Positions 27,911 to 37,491 of a stretch of 64,000 bases of DNA are shown here, in pieces. The stretch spans positions 80,583-144,582 of the forward strand of contig CAXXJS010000031.1 in NCBI GenBank assembly GCA_963662665.2, read 5' to 3'. The position numbers and the translations under genes were made by a program. Numbering within the stretch: position 1 is the stretch's first letter; every line of letters starts with the position of its first letter. Origin of the DNA: Candidatus Latescibacterota bacterium. GTDB taxonomy: Bacteria > Latescibacterota > UBA2968 > GCA-2709665. The notes beneath the pieces are model-generated. The model saw nothing but the letters and a program-made list of their open reading frames with translations. It did no database searches and was not told the DNA's origin.

Positions 27911-28984
27911 ATGAAAAGCCTAGGGGTTGGGATAATCGGGTTCCACCACCTTCATTCCGTGGATTATCTTCCACACTTCAAAGCCATCGTCCGGACGGAG
28001 GTGAGGGCAGTCGCCGAGGCGGATCCGGTCTGTCTGAAGCAGGTCTGCGGACAGACCGGGCTTGATGGATACGAGGATTACAACGCGCTTTTGGCGCGAG
28101 AGGACATCGGCCTGGTCGTGATCCTGCTCCCGCATTCGGAGTGCCCGGAGGCGGTGGAACGGGCGGCGGCAGCCAATAAGCACGTAATTGTCGAGAAACC
28201 GATGGCGGATACGTCCGAGGGCATCCGGCGCATGATCGCGGCGACGGAAGCGGCGGGCGTGGCGCTGTCTTCACCCTACTGCTGGCGCGCGCATCCGGCC
28301 TCAAGAAAGATCAAGGAACTCGTCGATCGCGGAATGCTGGGGCAGATTGTCGCGCTCGAGGGACGGTGCGCGGCGGGCTCACCGCAGCGGTACCTGGAAA
28401 ACGGGATTTCGCCCTGGCTGAATTCGAGGTCGGTTGCCGGCGGCGGACCGATGCACAATCTGGGTACGCACTGGATCGATATGTTTCGGTGGTTCCTGCA
28501 GGACGAGGTTCAGCAGGTGACCGGCATGGTGAGCCACCTTCAACACCGACTGGATATCGAAGACAACAGCTTCGGCATCGTAAAATTCGGGAACGGTGCA
28601 ATCGCGACACTGGATATCAGCTACTCCGCACCGAAATCCTATCCGGCCGGCAGAGATCTCTTCATTGCCCTTCGAGGTACGCTGGGTACCGCGTCGTGGA
28701 GTCCGGCCTGGGGAGGAACCGCGGACGAAGTCTTTGTGGTGAGCGACCATCCCGATTTCGCGTGCGGACCGCAAACGACGCTGCGGATCGATTCCCAGCC
28801 GGCGGACGGGTACGGCGGCGTTTCCGGACGGGTGTATTTGAGCGAGACGGTGGAGGCCATCCTGGCCGGAAAATCTCCCGGCATCACCGGAGCGGACGGG
28901 CTGAAGGCCGTAGAGGTGGTGGAAGCGATCTATTCCTCCTCGGAAACGGGAAAGGTCAAGACGGTGGGAGGCTGCGGCGCTTGA
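27911..28984 (+). CDS. Gfo/Idh/MocA family oxidoreductase
   Basis: VGIIGFHHLH, HVIVEKPMA, GGGPMHNLGTHWID. Confidence 0.9.
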   Translation: MKSLGVGIIGFHHLHSVDYLPHFKAIVRTEVRAVAEADPVCLKQVCGQTGLDGYEDYNALLAREDIGLVVILLPHSECPEAVERAAAANKHVIVEKPMADTSEGIRRMIAATEAAGVALSSPYCWRAHPASRKIKELVDRGMLGQIVALEGRCAAGSPQRYLENGISPWLNSRSVAGGGPMHNLGTHWIDMFRWFLQDEVQQVTGMVSHLQHRLDIEDNSFGIVKFGNGAIATLDISYSAPKSYPAGRDLFIALRGTLGTASWSPAWGGTADEVFVVSDHPDFACGPQTTLRIDSQPADGYGGVSGRVYLSETVEAILAGKSPGITGADGLKAVEVVEAIYSSSETGKVKTVGGCGA

Positions 28985-29005
28985 ACGCGCCGGACATCAG
29001 TCAGG

Positions 29006-29052
29006 CAAAAAGAACAGCCGGTTTCTGGTCTTACAACCGGCTGTTCTTTTTG
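29006..29052. terminator. bidirectional intrinsic terminator between convergent operons
   Basis: Perfect 18-bp inverted repeat CAAAAAGAACAGCCGGTT / AACCGGCTGTTCTTTTTG with an 11-nt loop. Confidence 0.85.
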
Positions 29053-29111
29053 TTGCTCGACTGACGATTTCCCCGCCAGGTCCGATGCCTTCGCGCCGCG
29101 ACCCCCGGCGT

Positions 29112-30170
29112 CTACCATACGTCCATCATAATCTCCCGTCCGGTCCGGGCGGATTCGTAAATGGCCAGGATCAGGTCCACGGACTTCCGGGCGGACTCGC
29201 CGGGGATGTAGGGGTCCCGGTCTTCCAAGACGGCGCGGGTGATGTCGTTCACGAGCCATCCGTGGCCCGGCGCGACGGCGCTGGCGGCGCCGACGTTACC
29301 GGCGGCAGCGATCTGCCGCGGGGGAAATGCGTCGACGGCGCGGCCGTCTTCCTCGGTGGTGGTGGCCCAGCGGGTGATTTCGGTGCCGCTCATGGTGATG
29401 GTTCCGGATTCGCCGTGAAGTTCCATCCGGGACGCCTCGCCGGGGTTGCAGGACGTGGTGCCGATGAGCGTTCCGAAAGCACCGCTCTTGTATTTGATAG
29501 TAGCGACGGCGGTGTCTTCCACCTCGATGTCGCGCACCTTGTGTTCGGCGCGTGCGAACACGGATTCGACGTCGTCGTCTATCAGCCACAGCAGAAGGTC
29601 CACCCCGTGCACCCCCTGATTCATAAGCGCGCCCCCGCCGTCGTCTTTCCACGTGCCGCGCCAGCCGGCGCTGTTATAGTACGCCTGAGATCGGTAGTTC
29701 TTCATCAGCGCGTCGGCCAGCACCAGTTTCCCCAACTCGCCATTCTTGATGGCGTTCCGTACTCTGTTGGCATTATCGCTGGTTCGACTCTGGAAAATAC
29801 ACCCGAGTTTGACGCCGGCGTTGCGGCAGGCATCGATCATCCGGTTCATTTTCTCACGTGTGACGTCGAGCGGTTTTTCGCACAGGGAATGTACGCCGGC
29901 GTTTGCGGCCGCAATCACGTTGTCCGCGTGCATGCCGGAAGGGGTGCAGATACCGGCAACGTGCACGTCCGGATCCGCGACCAGGTCCTGATAGTTCCGG
30001 TAGAATCTGATGCCGCCGGACTCGGCCGCGAATTGCCTTCCCTTTTCTTCGTTGTAATTGCAGACGGCAACCAGTTCCGCGTCCGGGCAGGCTTCGATGC
30101 CGGACCGGAAGTGACCTGCGATCATGCCGGCGCCAATGATGCCCCAGCCGAGTTTGCTGTTTTCAGCCAT
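29112..30170 (-). CDS. Gfo/Idh/MocA family oxidoreductase
   Basis: IIGAGMIA, CEKPL, WRGTWKDDGGGALMNQGVH. Confidence 0.92.
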   Translation of the reverse strand: MAENSKLGWGIIGAGMIAGHFRSGIEACPDAELVAVCNYNEEKGRQFAAESGGIRFYRNYQDLVADPDVHVAGICTPSGMHADNVIAAANAGVHSLCEKPLDVTREKMNRMIDACRNAGVKLGCIFQSRTSDNANRVRNAIKNGELGKLVLADALMKNYRSQAYYNSAGWRGTWKDDGGGALMNQGVHGVDLLLWLIDDDVESVFARAEHKVRDIEVEDTAVATIKYKSGAFGTLIGTTSCNPGEASRMELHGESGTITMSGTEITRWATTTEEDGRAVDAFPPRQIAAAGNVGAASAVAPGHGWLVNDITRAVLEDRDPYIPGESARKSVDLILAIYESARTGREIMMDVW

Positions 30171-30230
30171 TTTGTAAATCGTTCCTTTTCGAGGTTGGAG
30201 TTCGGCATAAAGCGCCGGCCCCGGACGCGG

Positions 30231-31304
30231 TCAGTCCCCCTGCCGAACCTCGATTTCACTGCCGGTTCGGGCGGACTCGTAAATCGCCAGAATGAGGTCT
30301 ATGGCGTCTCGGGCGGATTCGCCGGTCACGTAAGGGTCGCGTTCTTCCCGGATAGCCCGGATCAGGTCATTAACGAGGAAGACGTGTCCGGCGGAGCCGA
30401 TATCCCCGGGATCGGCCACCGCGCCCTGGATTTCGATTTCTCTCGGCGGCTCATTGTCTTCGGCGCGGCCGTCTTCTTCGGGGGTGTTCGCCCAGCGTGA
30501 GATCGAACTGCCTCTGACCGTGATGGTACCGCGGTCTCCGTGTAACTCGATGCGGCGGGCTTCGCCGGGGTTGCACGAGGTGGTGCCGATGAGCGCCCCG
30601 AACGCGCCGTTCTTGAATTTCAGATTGGCCACGGCGGTGTCTTCCACTTCGATATCGCGTACTTTATTCTCAGCGCGCGCGAAAACGGATTCGACGGGGC
30701 TGCCCATAAGCCAGAGGAGAAGGTCCACGCCGTGAACACCCTGGTTCATCAGTGCGCCGCCGCCGTCCAGCGCCCATGTGCCCCGCCAGCCCGCGCTCCG
30801 GTAATAGGCCTGCGAACGGTAGTCTTTGAGATAGGCGTCGGCCAGTACCATCTCGCCTAGCAGGCCGTCCTGAATGGCTTTGCGGGCCCGGATCATGTCC
30901 GGACTGGTGCGGCTCTGGAAAACACAGCCGAGTTTCACCCCCGCCTCGCGACATGCCTTCGTCATTTCGGTCATGCGGAGGGCGTCGATCTCAAGGGGCT
31001 TCTCGCAAAGCGCGTGCTTTCCGGCCCGCGCGGCCGCGGTGACGCCTTCGTAGTGCAGGCCGGAGGGCGTGCAGACGCTGACGATGTCGACCTGTGGATC
31101 CTCAACAAGCGCTCTGTAGTCTGAATACGTGCGAACGTCGGCAGCGCCGCCTTCCATGCCGTCGAGGAACGACCGGATCTGACCTTCCTCCGTGTCGCAG
31201 ACCGCCACCAGTTCGGCATCGTCGCACGCGTCAATCGCCAGGCGATGGGTCGGCGCGATTACACCGCAGCCAATGATGCCGAAACCGAATTTCCCGTCTG
31301 TCAT
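30231..31304 (-). CDS. Gfo/Idh/MocA family oxidoreductase (paralog of 29112..30170)
   Basis: IIGCGVIA, CEKPL, WRGTWALDGGGALMNQGVH. Confidence 0.92.
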   Translation of the reverse strand: MTDGKFGFGIIGCGVIAPTHRLAIDACDDAELVAVCDTEEGQIRSFLDGMEGGAADVRTYSDYRALVEDPQVDIVSVCTPSGLHYEGVTAAARAGKHALCEKPLEIDALRMTEMTKACREAGVKLGCVFQSRTSPDMIRARKAIQDGLLGEMVLADAYLKDYRSQAYYRSAGWRGTWALDGGGALMNQGVHGVDLLLWLMGSPVESVFARAENKVRDIEVEDTAVANLKFKNGAFGALIGTTSCNPGEARRIELHGDRGTITVRGSSISRWANTPEEDGRAEDNEPPREIEIQGAVADPGDIGSAGHVFLVNDLIRAIREERDPYVTGESARDAIDLILAIYESARTGSEIEVRQGD

Positions 31305-31504
31305 TCGCTGCCTCCGTATGCGGGGAAACCCGGCGGACGCAACGGGAAGTTGCTACACCGAGCCGCGCCGGGAAGATTTCAAGCAGGATGAAATGTAGGA
31401 TATGGCCGTCAGGTTGTCAATTGGCAATTTACGCTTTTCCGAAGTCCAGGGGTGCATATATTAGGTTAGCGTTCGGCGAAACATCCACCATCGGGGGTGC
31501 GGAC

Positions 31505-33019
31505 ATGGAAATAGGGGTACCATCCGGGACGAGAATGCAGAAGATCGGACTGATCGGGGGACCCGTTCTCGCGATCCTGCTGCTTTTGTTCTTCGATCTG
31601 GATCCGGGGCGGCCGGCTGTGACCAGGATGGCTGCCGTGGCCCTGCTGATGGCCGTCTGGTGGATGACGGAAGCGGTTCCGCTTGCCGCTACGGCGCTGC
31701 TCCCCGTGGTCTTGTTTCCCGTGCTTGGGATCATGGACGGCAGGAAGGTCGCGCCCATCTACTTCAACCACGTCATTCTTCTGTTCATCGGTGGCTTTAT
31801 GGTTGCTCTGGCCATGCAGCGCTGGAATCTGCATCGCCGAATCGCGTTGGGAGTGCTCCTGTGGTGCGGTGTTCGCCCGCGGCGGATACTGCTGGGATTC
31901 ATGATTTCCACGGCGTTCTTGTCGATGTGGATCTCAAATACGGCCACCACAATGATGATGGTGCCGATCGTGCTGGCGGTGGTGATGAAGCTGGAGGAAA
32001 GAAACGCGCGGGGACGTCTTGCAACGGGTCTGTTTCTCGGTGTGGCTTACGGTGCGTCCATCGGTGGCGTGGCAACGCTGGTGGGCACGCCGCCGAACCT
32101 CTCGTTCGCCCGGATTCTGAATATTCATTTCCCCGATGCGCCGGAGATTTCGTTTTCAGGCTGGTTTCTCTTCGCATTTCCGATTTCCGTGCTGTTCCTG
32201 ATTGTGGCGTGGCTGTTGCTGAGTTACTTGTATGCCGGCGGCAGGCAGGCGAAGACCTTCGATCAGAGTGTCCTGCGGGATCAGTACAAAGCGCTGGGGC
32301 CGCTCTCGTACGAGGAAGCGGTGGTTCTGGCCGATTTCGTGCTGCTGGCGTTCCTCTGGCTGTTCAGGAACGAGATCCGGATCGGCGACGCGGTGATCCC
32401 GGGGTGGTCGGGGCTGTTCCCGGACGGCGGGTTTCTTAACGACGGAACGGTCGCTATGGGAATGGCGCTTCTGCTTTTTCTGGTCCCCTCGCGGAGCCCT
32501 GCTGCGGATAAACTTCTGGACCGGGAGACGGTTTCGAAGCTGCCGTGGCACATCGTCCTGCTCTTCGGAGGGGGCTTCGCCCTGGCTACCGGGTTCAAGG
32601 ATTCAGGGTTGTCAATGTGGTTCGGGCACGGCCTGGCGTGGCTCGGTGCGCTCCATCCCATGTTGCTTGTGGCTATCCTGTGCCTGACGATTACATTTTT
32701 GACCGAGTTGACGTCGAATACCGCCACGGCGGAGATGTTCCTCCCCATTCTGGCGGCGCTGGGTGTCGCGATACAGGTGGACCCGCTTCTGTTGATGATT
32801 CCGGCCACACTCTCCTGTTCGTTCGCGTTCATGCTGCCGGTGGCCACGCCGCCGAACGCGATCGTGTTTGGAACAGACCGCGTCCGGATGACGGACATGG
32901 TCCGTGTGGGGCTGATATTGAATCTGACGGGGGTCGCGATCATTGCCGGCGCGATCTATACACTGGGTGAGTCCGCTTTGGGTATCGAGTTTGCCCGGTT
33001 ACCGGTCTGGGCCAGGTAA
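31505..33019 (+). CDS. DASS/SLC13 sodium:dicarboxylate or sulfate symporter
   Basis: WWMTEAVP, LSMWISNTAT, VGTPPN, LTELTSNTAT, FMLPVATPPNAIVF. Confidence 0.92.
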   Translation: MEIGVPSGTRMQKIGLIGGPVLAILLLLFFDLDPGRPAVTRMAAVALLMAVWWMTEAVPLAATALLPVVLFPVLGIMDGRKVAPIYFNHVILLFIGGFMVALAMQRWNLHRRIALGVLLWCGVRPRRILLGFMISTAFLSMWISNTATTMMMVPIVLAVVMKLEERNARGRLATGLFLGVAYGASIGGVATLVGTPPNLSFARILNIHFPDAPEISFSGWFLFAFPISVLFLIVAWLLLSYLYAGGRQAKTFDQSVLRDQYKALGPLSYEEAVVLADFVLLAFLWLFRNEIRIGDAVIPGWSGLFPDGGFLNDGTVAMGMALLLFLVPSRSPAADKLLDRETVSKLPWHIVLLFGGGFALATGFKDSGLSMWFGHGLAWLGALHPMLLVAILCLTITFLTELTSNTATAEMFLPILAALGVAIQVDPLLLMIPATLSCSFAFMLPVATPPNAIVFGTDRVRMTDMVRVGLILNLTGVAIIAGAIYTLGESALGIEFARLPVWAR

Positions 33020-33035
33020 ACCGACGAGGAATGCC

Positions 33036-34034
33036 ATGTTCGAAACCATTGGAACGATCAGACTCAAGTCGGGCGAATCGGTGGATGCTGGGGTTGTGAG
33101 AGGGCCGGATCCGGTCTGGGCGGAACGGATTGAGACGCTGCTGGAACACAAGGCCGAGATCTGGCGCTGGGGAAACAGTATGGTCCTGCGGAAGCCATTG
33201 GACGTCGAGGCGTACTTTTATATTCTCCTTCGCGACGGGGTTCCGATTGCCAATATGTCCACGGTCGAAGTGATGGGGGTCGGAATATTCGGACATGTGT
33301 ATACAAGACCGGAGGAGAGGAGGAAGCGGGCGGCGATGGAGCTGATGCGCCTGATGATGGATCATTTCAGAGGAAGGGGCGGCAGGGCTCTTTATCTCGG
33401 GACCGGTTATGACTCGCATCCGTTTCACATCTATCGGGCGCACGGATTTGAAGCGTTGGAGCCGAAAAGTGGCTATATGGATTACTACAAGACTTCAAAG
33501 GAAGTGTTCGAGACGGATTATTTCTCGAAGGGACCCACGGACGTGGCGGAGCTGGACTGGCGGGACTGGCCTGCGTCTACGCCCCTTTTTTCGGGAGATT
33601 TTCCGGGTGTAATGCGCTGTGCGGGCATGCGGATTTTCGGACGTCAGTCTACCGAGAGCCCTCTGTTGCCATTCATTCGAGACGCGGTGGCGCGACGGGC
33701 GGATGCCAGGCCGGCGTGTGTGAAGGTGCTGCGGCGGCGGGGTACGACGGCCGTAGCGGGCCTGGCGATGTGGTCGTTCGACCGTCTCTGGCCCGCAAGC
33801 TGCGTGGTGGATCTATACTGCCATCCGGATTTCTGGGACCGCTCGTGCGACCTGCTGGGCGCATTGCCGCTACCCGAAGCGGAACGGTACCTGGCCTATT
33901 GCGACGCGGGATTCGAACCGAAGGAAATGGCGCTTTCGCAAGCTGGATTCCACCCAACCGCCACGTACAGGCAGCGCGTCTCCGTAGACAGAGCGGGAAC
34001 GGCACACGTCGACGTGACGGTCTGGGAAAAGTGA
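33036..34034 (+). CDS. GNAT-domain protein with C-terminal extension
   Basis: GIFGHVYTRPEERRKRAA..LYLGTG..HIYRAHGF; GAGG RBS before ATG 33036. Confidence 0.7.
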   Translation: MFETIGTIRLKSGESVDAGVVRGPDPVWAERIETLLEHKAEIWRWGNSMVLRKPLDVEAYFYILLRDGVPIANMSTVEVMGVGIFGHVYTRPEERRKRAAMELMRLMMDHFRGRGGRALYLGTGYDSHPFHIYRAHGFEALEPKSGYMDYYKTSKEVFETDYFSKGPTDVAELDWRDWPASTPLFSGDFPGVMRCAGMRIFGRQSTESPLLPFIRDAVARRADARPACVKVLRRRGTTAVAGLAMWSFDRLWPASCVVDLYCHPDFWDRSCDLLGALPLPEAERYLAYCDAGFEPKEMALSQAGFHPTATYRQRVSVDRAGTAHVDVTVWEK

Positions 34035-34128
34035 GTGCGAACCCCTGGGTCAGCGGCGACCGGAGTCAGGTTGCAGGCGAGGTGCCGTTGCCAAAACACG
34101 GGCCGATCCGATGGATCGGCCCGTGTTT

Positions 34129-35892
34129 TCAATCGGCGGCGTTTTCCCTGGCCTGGGGTATACGCCACCCATGGGAGATCTCCTGGGTACGTACCATTCG
34201 CGCATAGAGACCACCCTGGTCCATCAGTTTCGCGTGGGCGCCGGATTCGACAATACGACCGCCGCTGCACACGAGAATCTTGTCCGCGTTGCGCACGGTG
34301 GAAAGCCGGTGGGCGATCACAATCGTGGTACGATGGCGCGTAAGGCGGGCAATGGCTTCCTGGATGAGGATTTCGGTCTCGGCGTCCACCGATGAGGTGG
34401 CTTCGTCCAGGATCAGGACGGGGGCGTCTTTCAGCACGGCGCGGGCGATGGAGAGCCGCTGCTTCTGACCGCCGGAGAGCCGGACGCCCCGCTCCCCGAC
34501 GATCGTGTCGTACCCTTCCGGCAGACCCAGGATGAAGTCTTCCGCGTTGGCCGCGCGGGCCGCTTCCCTGACCTGTCGGTCCGTGGCGTGGGCACGGCCG
34601 AAGAGCAGGTTCTCGCGTACCGTGGCGTGGAAGAGGAAAACATCCTGGAACACGGTAGCGATCTGTGAACGAAGATAGGCCAACGGAAGGGTGCGGACGT
34701 CGTGCCCGCCAATGTATACGCCGCCTCGCTGCGGATCGTAAAAGCGGGGAATCAGATTTGCAACGGTGGTTTTTCCTGCGCCCGTAGGGCCGACAAGGGC
34801 GATAATCTCGCCGGCGTCGGCATTGAAGTCAACCCCGTGAAGCACGGGATTTTCGCGGTCGTATCCGAAGGTGACATTCTGAAAGCGGATGTTCCAGGTC
34901 ATGGATGGAGGCGTCCGGGCTTCGCGGGCGTCATTGATGTCCGATTCTACGGCAAGGATCCCGAAAACACGGTCGGTGCTGGCAGCGGCTTTCTGCAGAA
35001 CGTCGTTAATCGAGGCGAGTTGGAGAAAAGGCTGGTAGATGTGCCCCATGTAGACAATAAAGACAAAGAGGTCCGCAACGGAGATCACACCTTCCAGCGC
35101 CATTTTGCCGCCGCTCCAAATCACCAGAACGATGCCGATTCCCCCCGCGGCCTCGATGATGCCGGCCGGTAGAATGGAGATGCGGTTGGCTGTTACGCTG
35201 CTGTCTCTGAATTTCAGGCTCTGGGCTTCGACAAGGCGGGCGCGTCGGTGTTCCTGGGCGAAGGACTTGATAACCGGGATGCCGGAGAAGCTGTCCTGGA
35301 CAAGCGCGACCAGATCCGCCAGGTGTGAGCGCACGGCGGACCAGAGGGCGCGGACTTTGGAGACGTAGCGGTAGACCAGCAGGGCCGTCAGCGGAATGGG
35401 GATCAGGGTGATGAGCGCGAGTTCGGGGTTCAGGCTGAACAGCACGGCGATCATTGAAACGGGTATGATCGCAGCCAGGGCGGTCTCAGGGATGCCGTGA
35501 GCGACAAAGTCTTCAAGGGCTTCGACGTCGTTGATTGAACGTGCGATAAGGTTGCCGGTCCGCTGCTTGTTGAAAAAGCGATGGGGCAGGTTCTGAAGGT
35601 GTCGATATATCTTCACCATCAGGTCGTGCATCAGGCGATAGGCGGCAATATGAGAAAAGAACCCGTAACCGTATCTGGCCGCGCCCCGAAAGAGGTAGAC
35701 CCCTATAAGAAGCAGGCTGGTCCGAGCCAGATCGGCGGAGTCGGCGCCTTCCGTCAGCCAGCGTATGAGTTCCCTTATGAGCAACGGGGGTAAAAGGTTG
35801 GCGGCGGCAAAAAGGAGCCCGCAGGCGACGGTGAGGGCGACGAGAAGGCGTTTACCCTCCAGGATTCGGTAGAATTGGGCGACAAAACTCAT
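34129..35892 (-). CDS. ABC exporter, fused permease/ATPase (MsbA/MdlB-like)
   Basis: N-terminal TM domain, GPTGAGKT, LSGGQKQR, LILDEATS, IAHRLST. Confidence 0.93.
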   Translation of the reverse strand: MSFVAQFYRILEGKRLLVALTVACGLLFAAANLLPPLLIRELIRWLTEGADSADLARTSLLLIGVYLFRGAARYGYGFFSHIAAYRLMHDLMVKIYRHLQNLPHRFFNKQRTGNLIARSINDVEALEDFVAHGIPETALAAIIPVSMIAVLFSLNPELALITLIPIPLTALLVYRYVSKVRALWSAVRSHLADLVALVQDSFSGIPVIKSFAQEHRRARLVEAQSLKFRDSSVTANRISILPAGIIEAAGGIGIVLVIWSGGKMALEGVISVADLFVFIVYMGHIYQPFLQLASINDVLQKAAASTDRVFGILAVESDINDAREARTPPSMTWNIRFQNVTFGYDRENPVLHGVDFNADAGEIIALVGPTGAGKTTVANLIPRFYDPQRGGVYIGGHDVRTLPLAYLRSQIATVFQDVFLFHATVRENLLFGRAHATDRQVREAARAANAEDFILGLPEGYDTIVGERGVRLSGGQKQRLSIARAVLKDAPVLILDEATSSVDAETEILIQEAIARLTRHRTTIVIAHRLSTVRNADKILVCSGGRIVESGAHAKLMDQGGLYARMVRTQEISHGWRIPQARENAAD

Positions 35893-35980
35893 GGTTGTAT
35901 CTGAAGTCCCGCGGAAAATGCGTTGCAGGGTTCATCCCGGGCCACGGTCGGGTGGTCCGGGTACGCGGCAATTGACCTGA

Positions 35981-36071
35981 CAGCCCGTTGAAAATGTACA
36001 TCCGGGCTTCGTCCGGCCCTTGTGGCCGAATGACTCGGCCTCACCGGCAAAGCGACTTTATCAACAGACTG
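35981..36071. mobile_element. MITE copy 2 (91 bp, inverted relative to copy 1)
   Basis: CAGCCCGTTGAAAATGTACATCCGGGCTTCGTCCGGCCCTTGTGGCCGAAT matches the reverse complement of the copy 1 right end; the element ends GCGACTTTATCAACAGACTG. Confidence 0.75.
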
Positions 36072-36405
36072 TTAAACGTAGGTGTCAGCGGGAGCAATGT
36101 CAACTGTTTTGGCTCGCACAGGTATGCGCACTCGAATTTTCGGTTGTGTAAGAAGGACTTACCGTCTATATTGTAGTCCAGTGTGCCGAAATTTAGCTAA
36201 CTTAATATTAGAATACATTAAATTAAAATATCCGCTTATGTATTTCCTGTCGCGGAATTAATGGATTTCGCAGTGCGGGAACGGGTATTGCGGCTCCCGT
36301 CGGCCAGCTGCCTGGCGGCAGAAACCCGCGATCGCGGCGGCGGCCAATCTATAGGTGTGCCGGTTTGCGCGTGGGTGTCCGCACAGTGATGGAGCGCTGA
36401 ACAAG

Positions 36406-37431
36406 ATGCCGAAGTTTACCATTGATCCTATCCGGAACGAAACCGCGCTGGTCGATCGGATGACCGAACCGGTTCCCGAGGTCGTGGATGCGGTCTCCGG
36501 AATTGACGGCGACGTGTTGATACTGGGCATCGCCGGCAAAATGGGACTGACACTGGGCGAACTCCTGGTGCGTTCGGGGGCCGGCGGGGTCATCGGAGTC
36601 TCCCGGTTTTCCAATCCAGGTGACCGGAATTACCTTGAATCCAGGGGAATACGAACCGTACGGTGCGACCTGATCGACGACGATTCGTTGCGCAGTCTGC
36701 CGGACGTGGACCACATTATCCTGCTTGCCGGCCATAAATTCGGTTCAACCGGGAATGAGCCCCTGACCTGGGCAATGAACGCGCTGCTTCCCGGTAAGGT
36801 GATGCAGCGGTTTCCGGATTCCCGAATCGTCTATGTTTCATCGGGAAACGTCTACCGGTTTGTCTCTCCGGATTCGGGCGGATCCGTAGAATCGTCGCCG
36901 CTGGAACCGATCGGGGAATACGCGCAGTCGCGCCTGGGGGGAGAGCGCCTGGCGGCATACTACGCACAAAGGAACGGAACGCCGCTTGCGATTATCCGAT
37001 TGTTCTACGCAACGGAATTACGCTACGGTGTGTTTCTGGATATCGCCCAGCGGATCTGGAGCGGGCAACCGATCGATCTGACCATGGGATATGTGAACCA
37101 GATCTGGCAGGGCGATGCGAACGCCTATCTTGCGCGTTGCTTTCCGCATTGTGACAGCCCGGCAAGGGTGTTCAATCTTACCGGTAGCGAACTGCTGGAG
37201 ATCCGGGACGTTGCACTGAAACTCGGCACGCTGATGGGTCGGGAGCCGGTTTTCGAGGGCGAGGAGAGTCCAACGGCCCTGTTGGGCAATGCAGGGGCGT
37301 TATTCGACGTCATGGGGCGCCCCCGGGTTTCGTCCGGGGAAATGATGGAGTGGGTGGCCGCGTGGGTGATGCACGGGGGCCCCACCCTGGGCAAGCCGAC
37401 AAAGTACGAAGCGCGGAACGGACAGTTTTAG
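36406..37431 (+). CDS. NAD-dependent epimerase/dehydratase family protein
   Basis: ILGIAGKMG, AGHKFGS, VSSGNVY, GEYAQSRLGGER, RLFYA. Confidence 0.85.
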   Translation: MPKFTIDPIRNETALVDRMTEPVPEVVDAVSGIDGDVLILGIAGKMGLTLGELLVRSGAGGVIGVSRFSNPGDRNYLESRGIRTVRCDLIDDDSLRSLPDVDHIILLAGHKFGSTGNEPLTWAMNALLPGKVMQRFPDSRIVYVSSGNVYRFVSPDSGGSVESSPLEPIGEYAQSRLGGERLAAYYAQRNGTPLAIIRLFYATELRYGVFLDIAQRIWSGQPIDLTMGYVNQIWQGDANAYLARCFPHCDSPARVFNLTGSELLEIRDVALKLGTLMGREPVFEGEESPTALLGNAGALFDVMGRPRVSSGEMMEWVAAWVMHGGPTLGKPTKYEARNGQF

Positions 37432-37491
37432 ATTCATAAAAAGGGACCGCTGCTGGATGGGCGTTCTACATCATCGGGTTGGGAGATTCCG

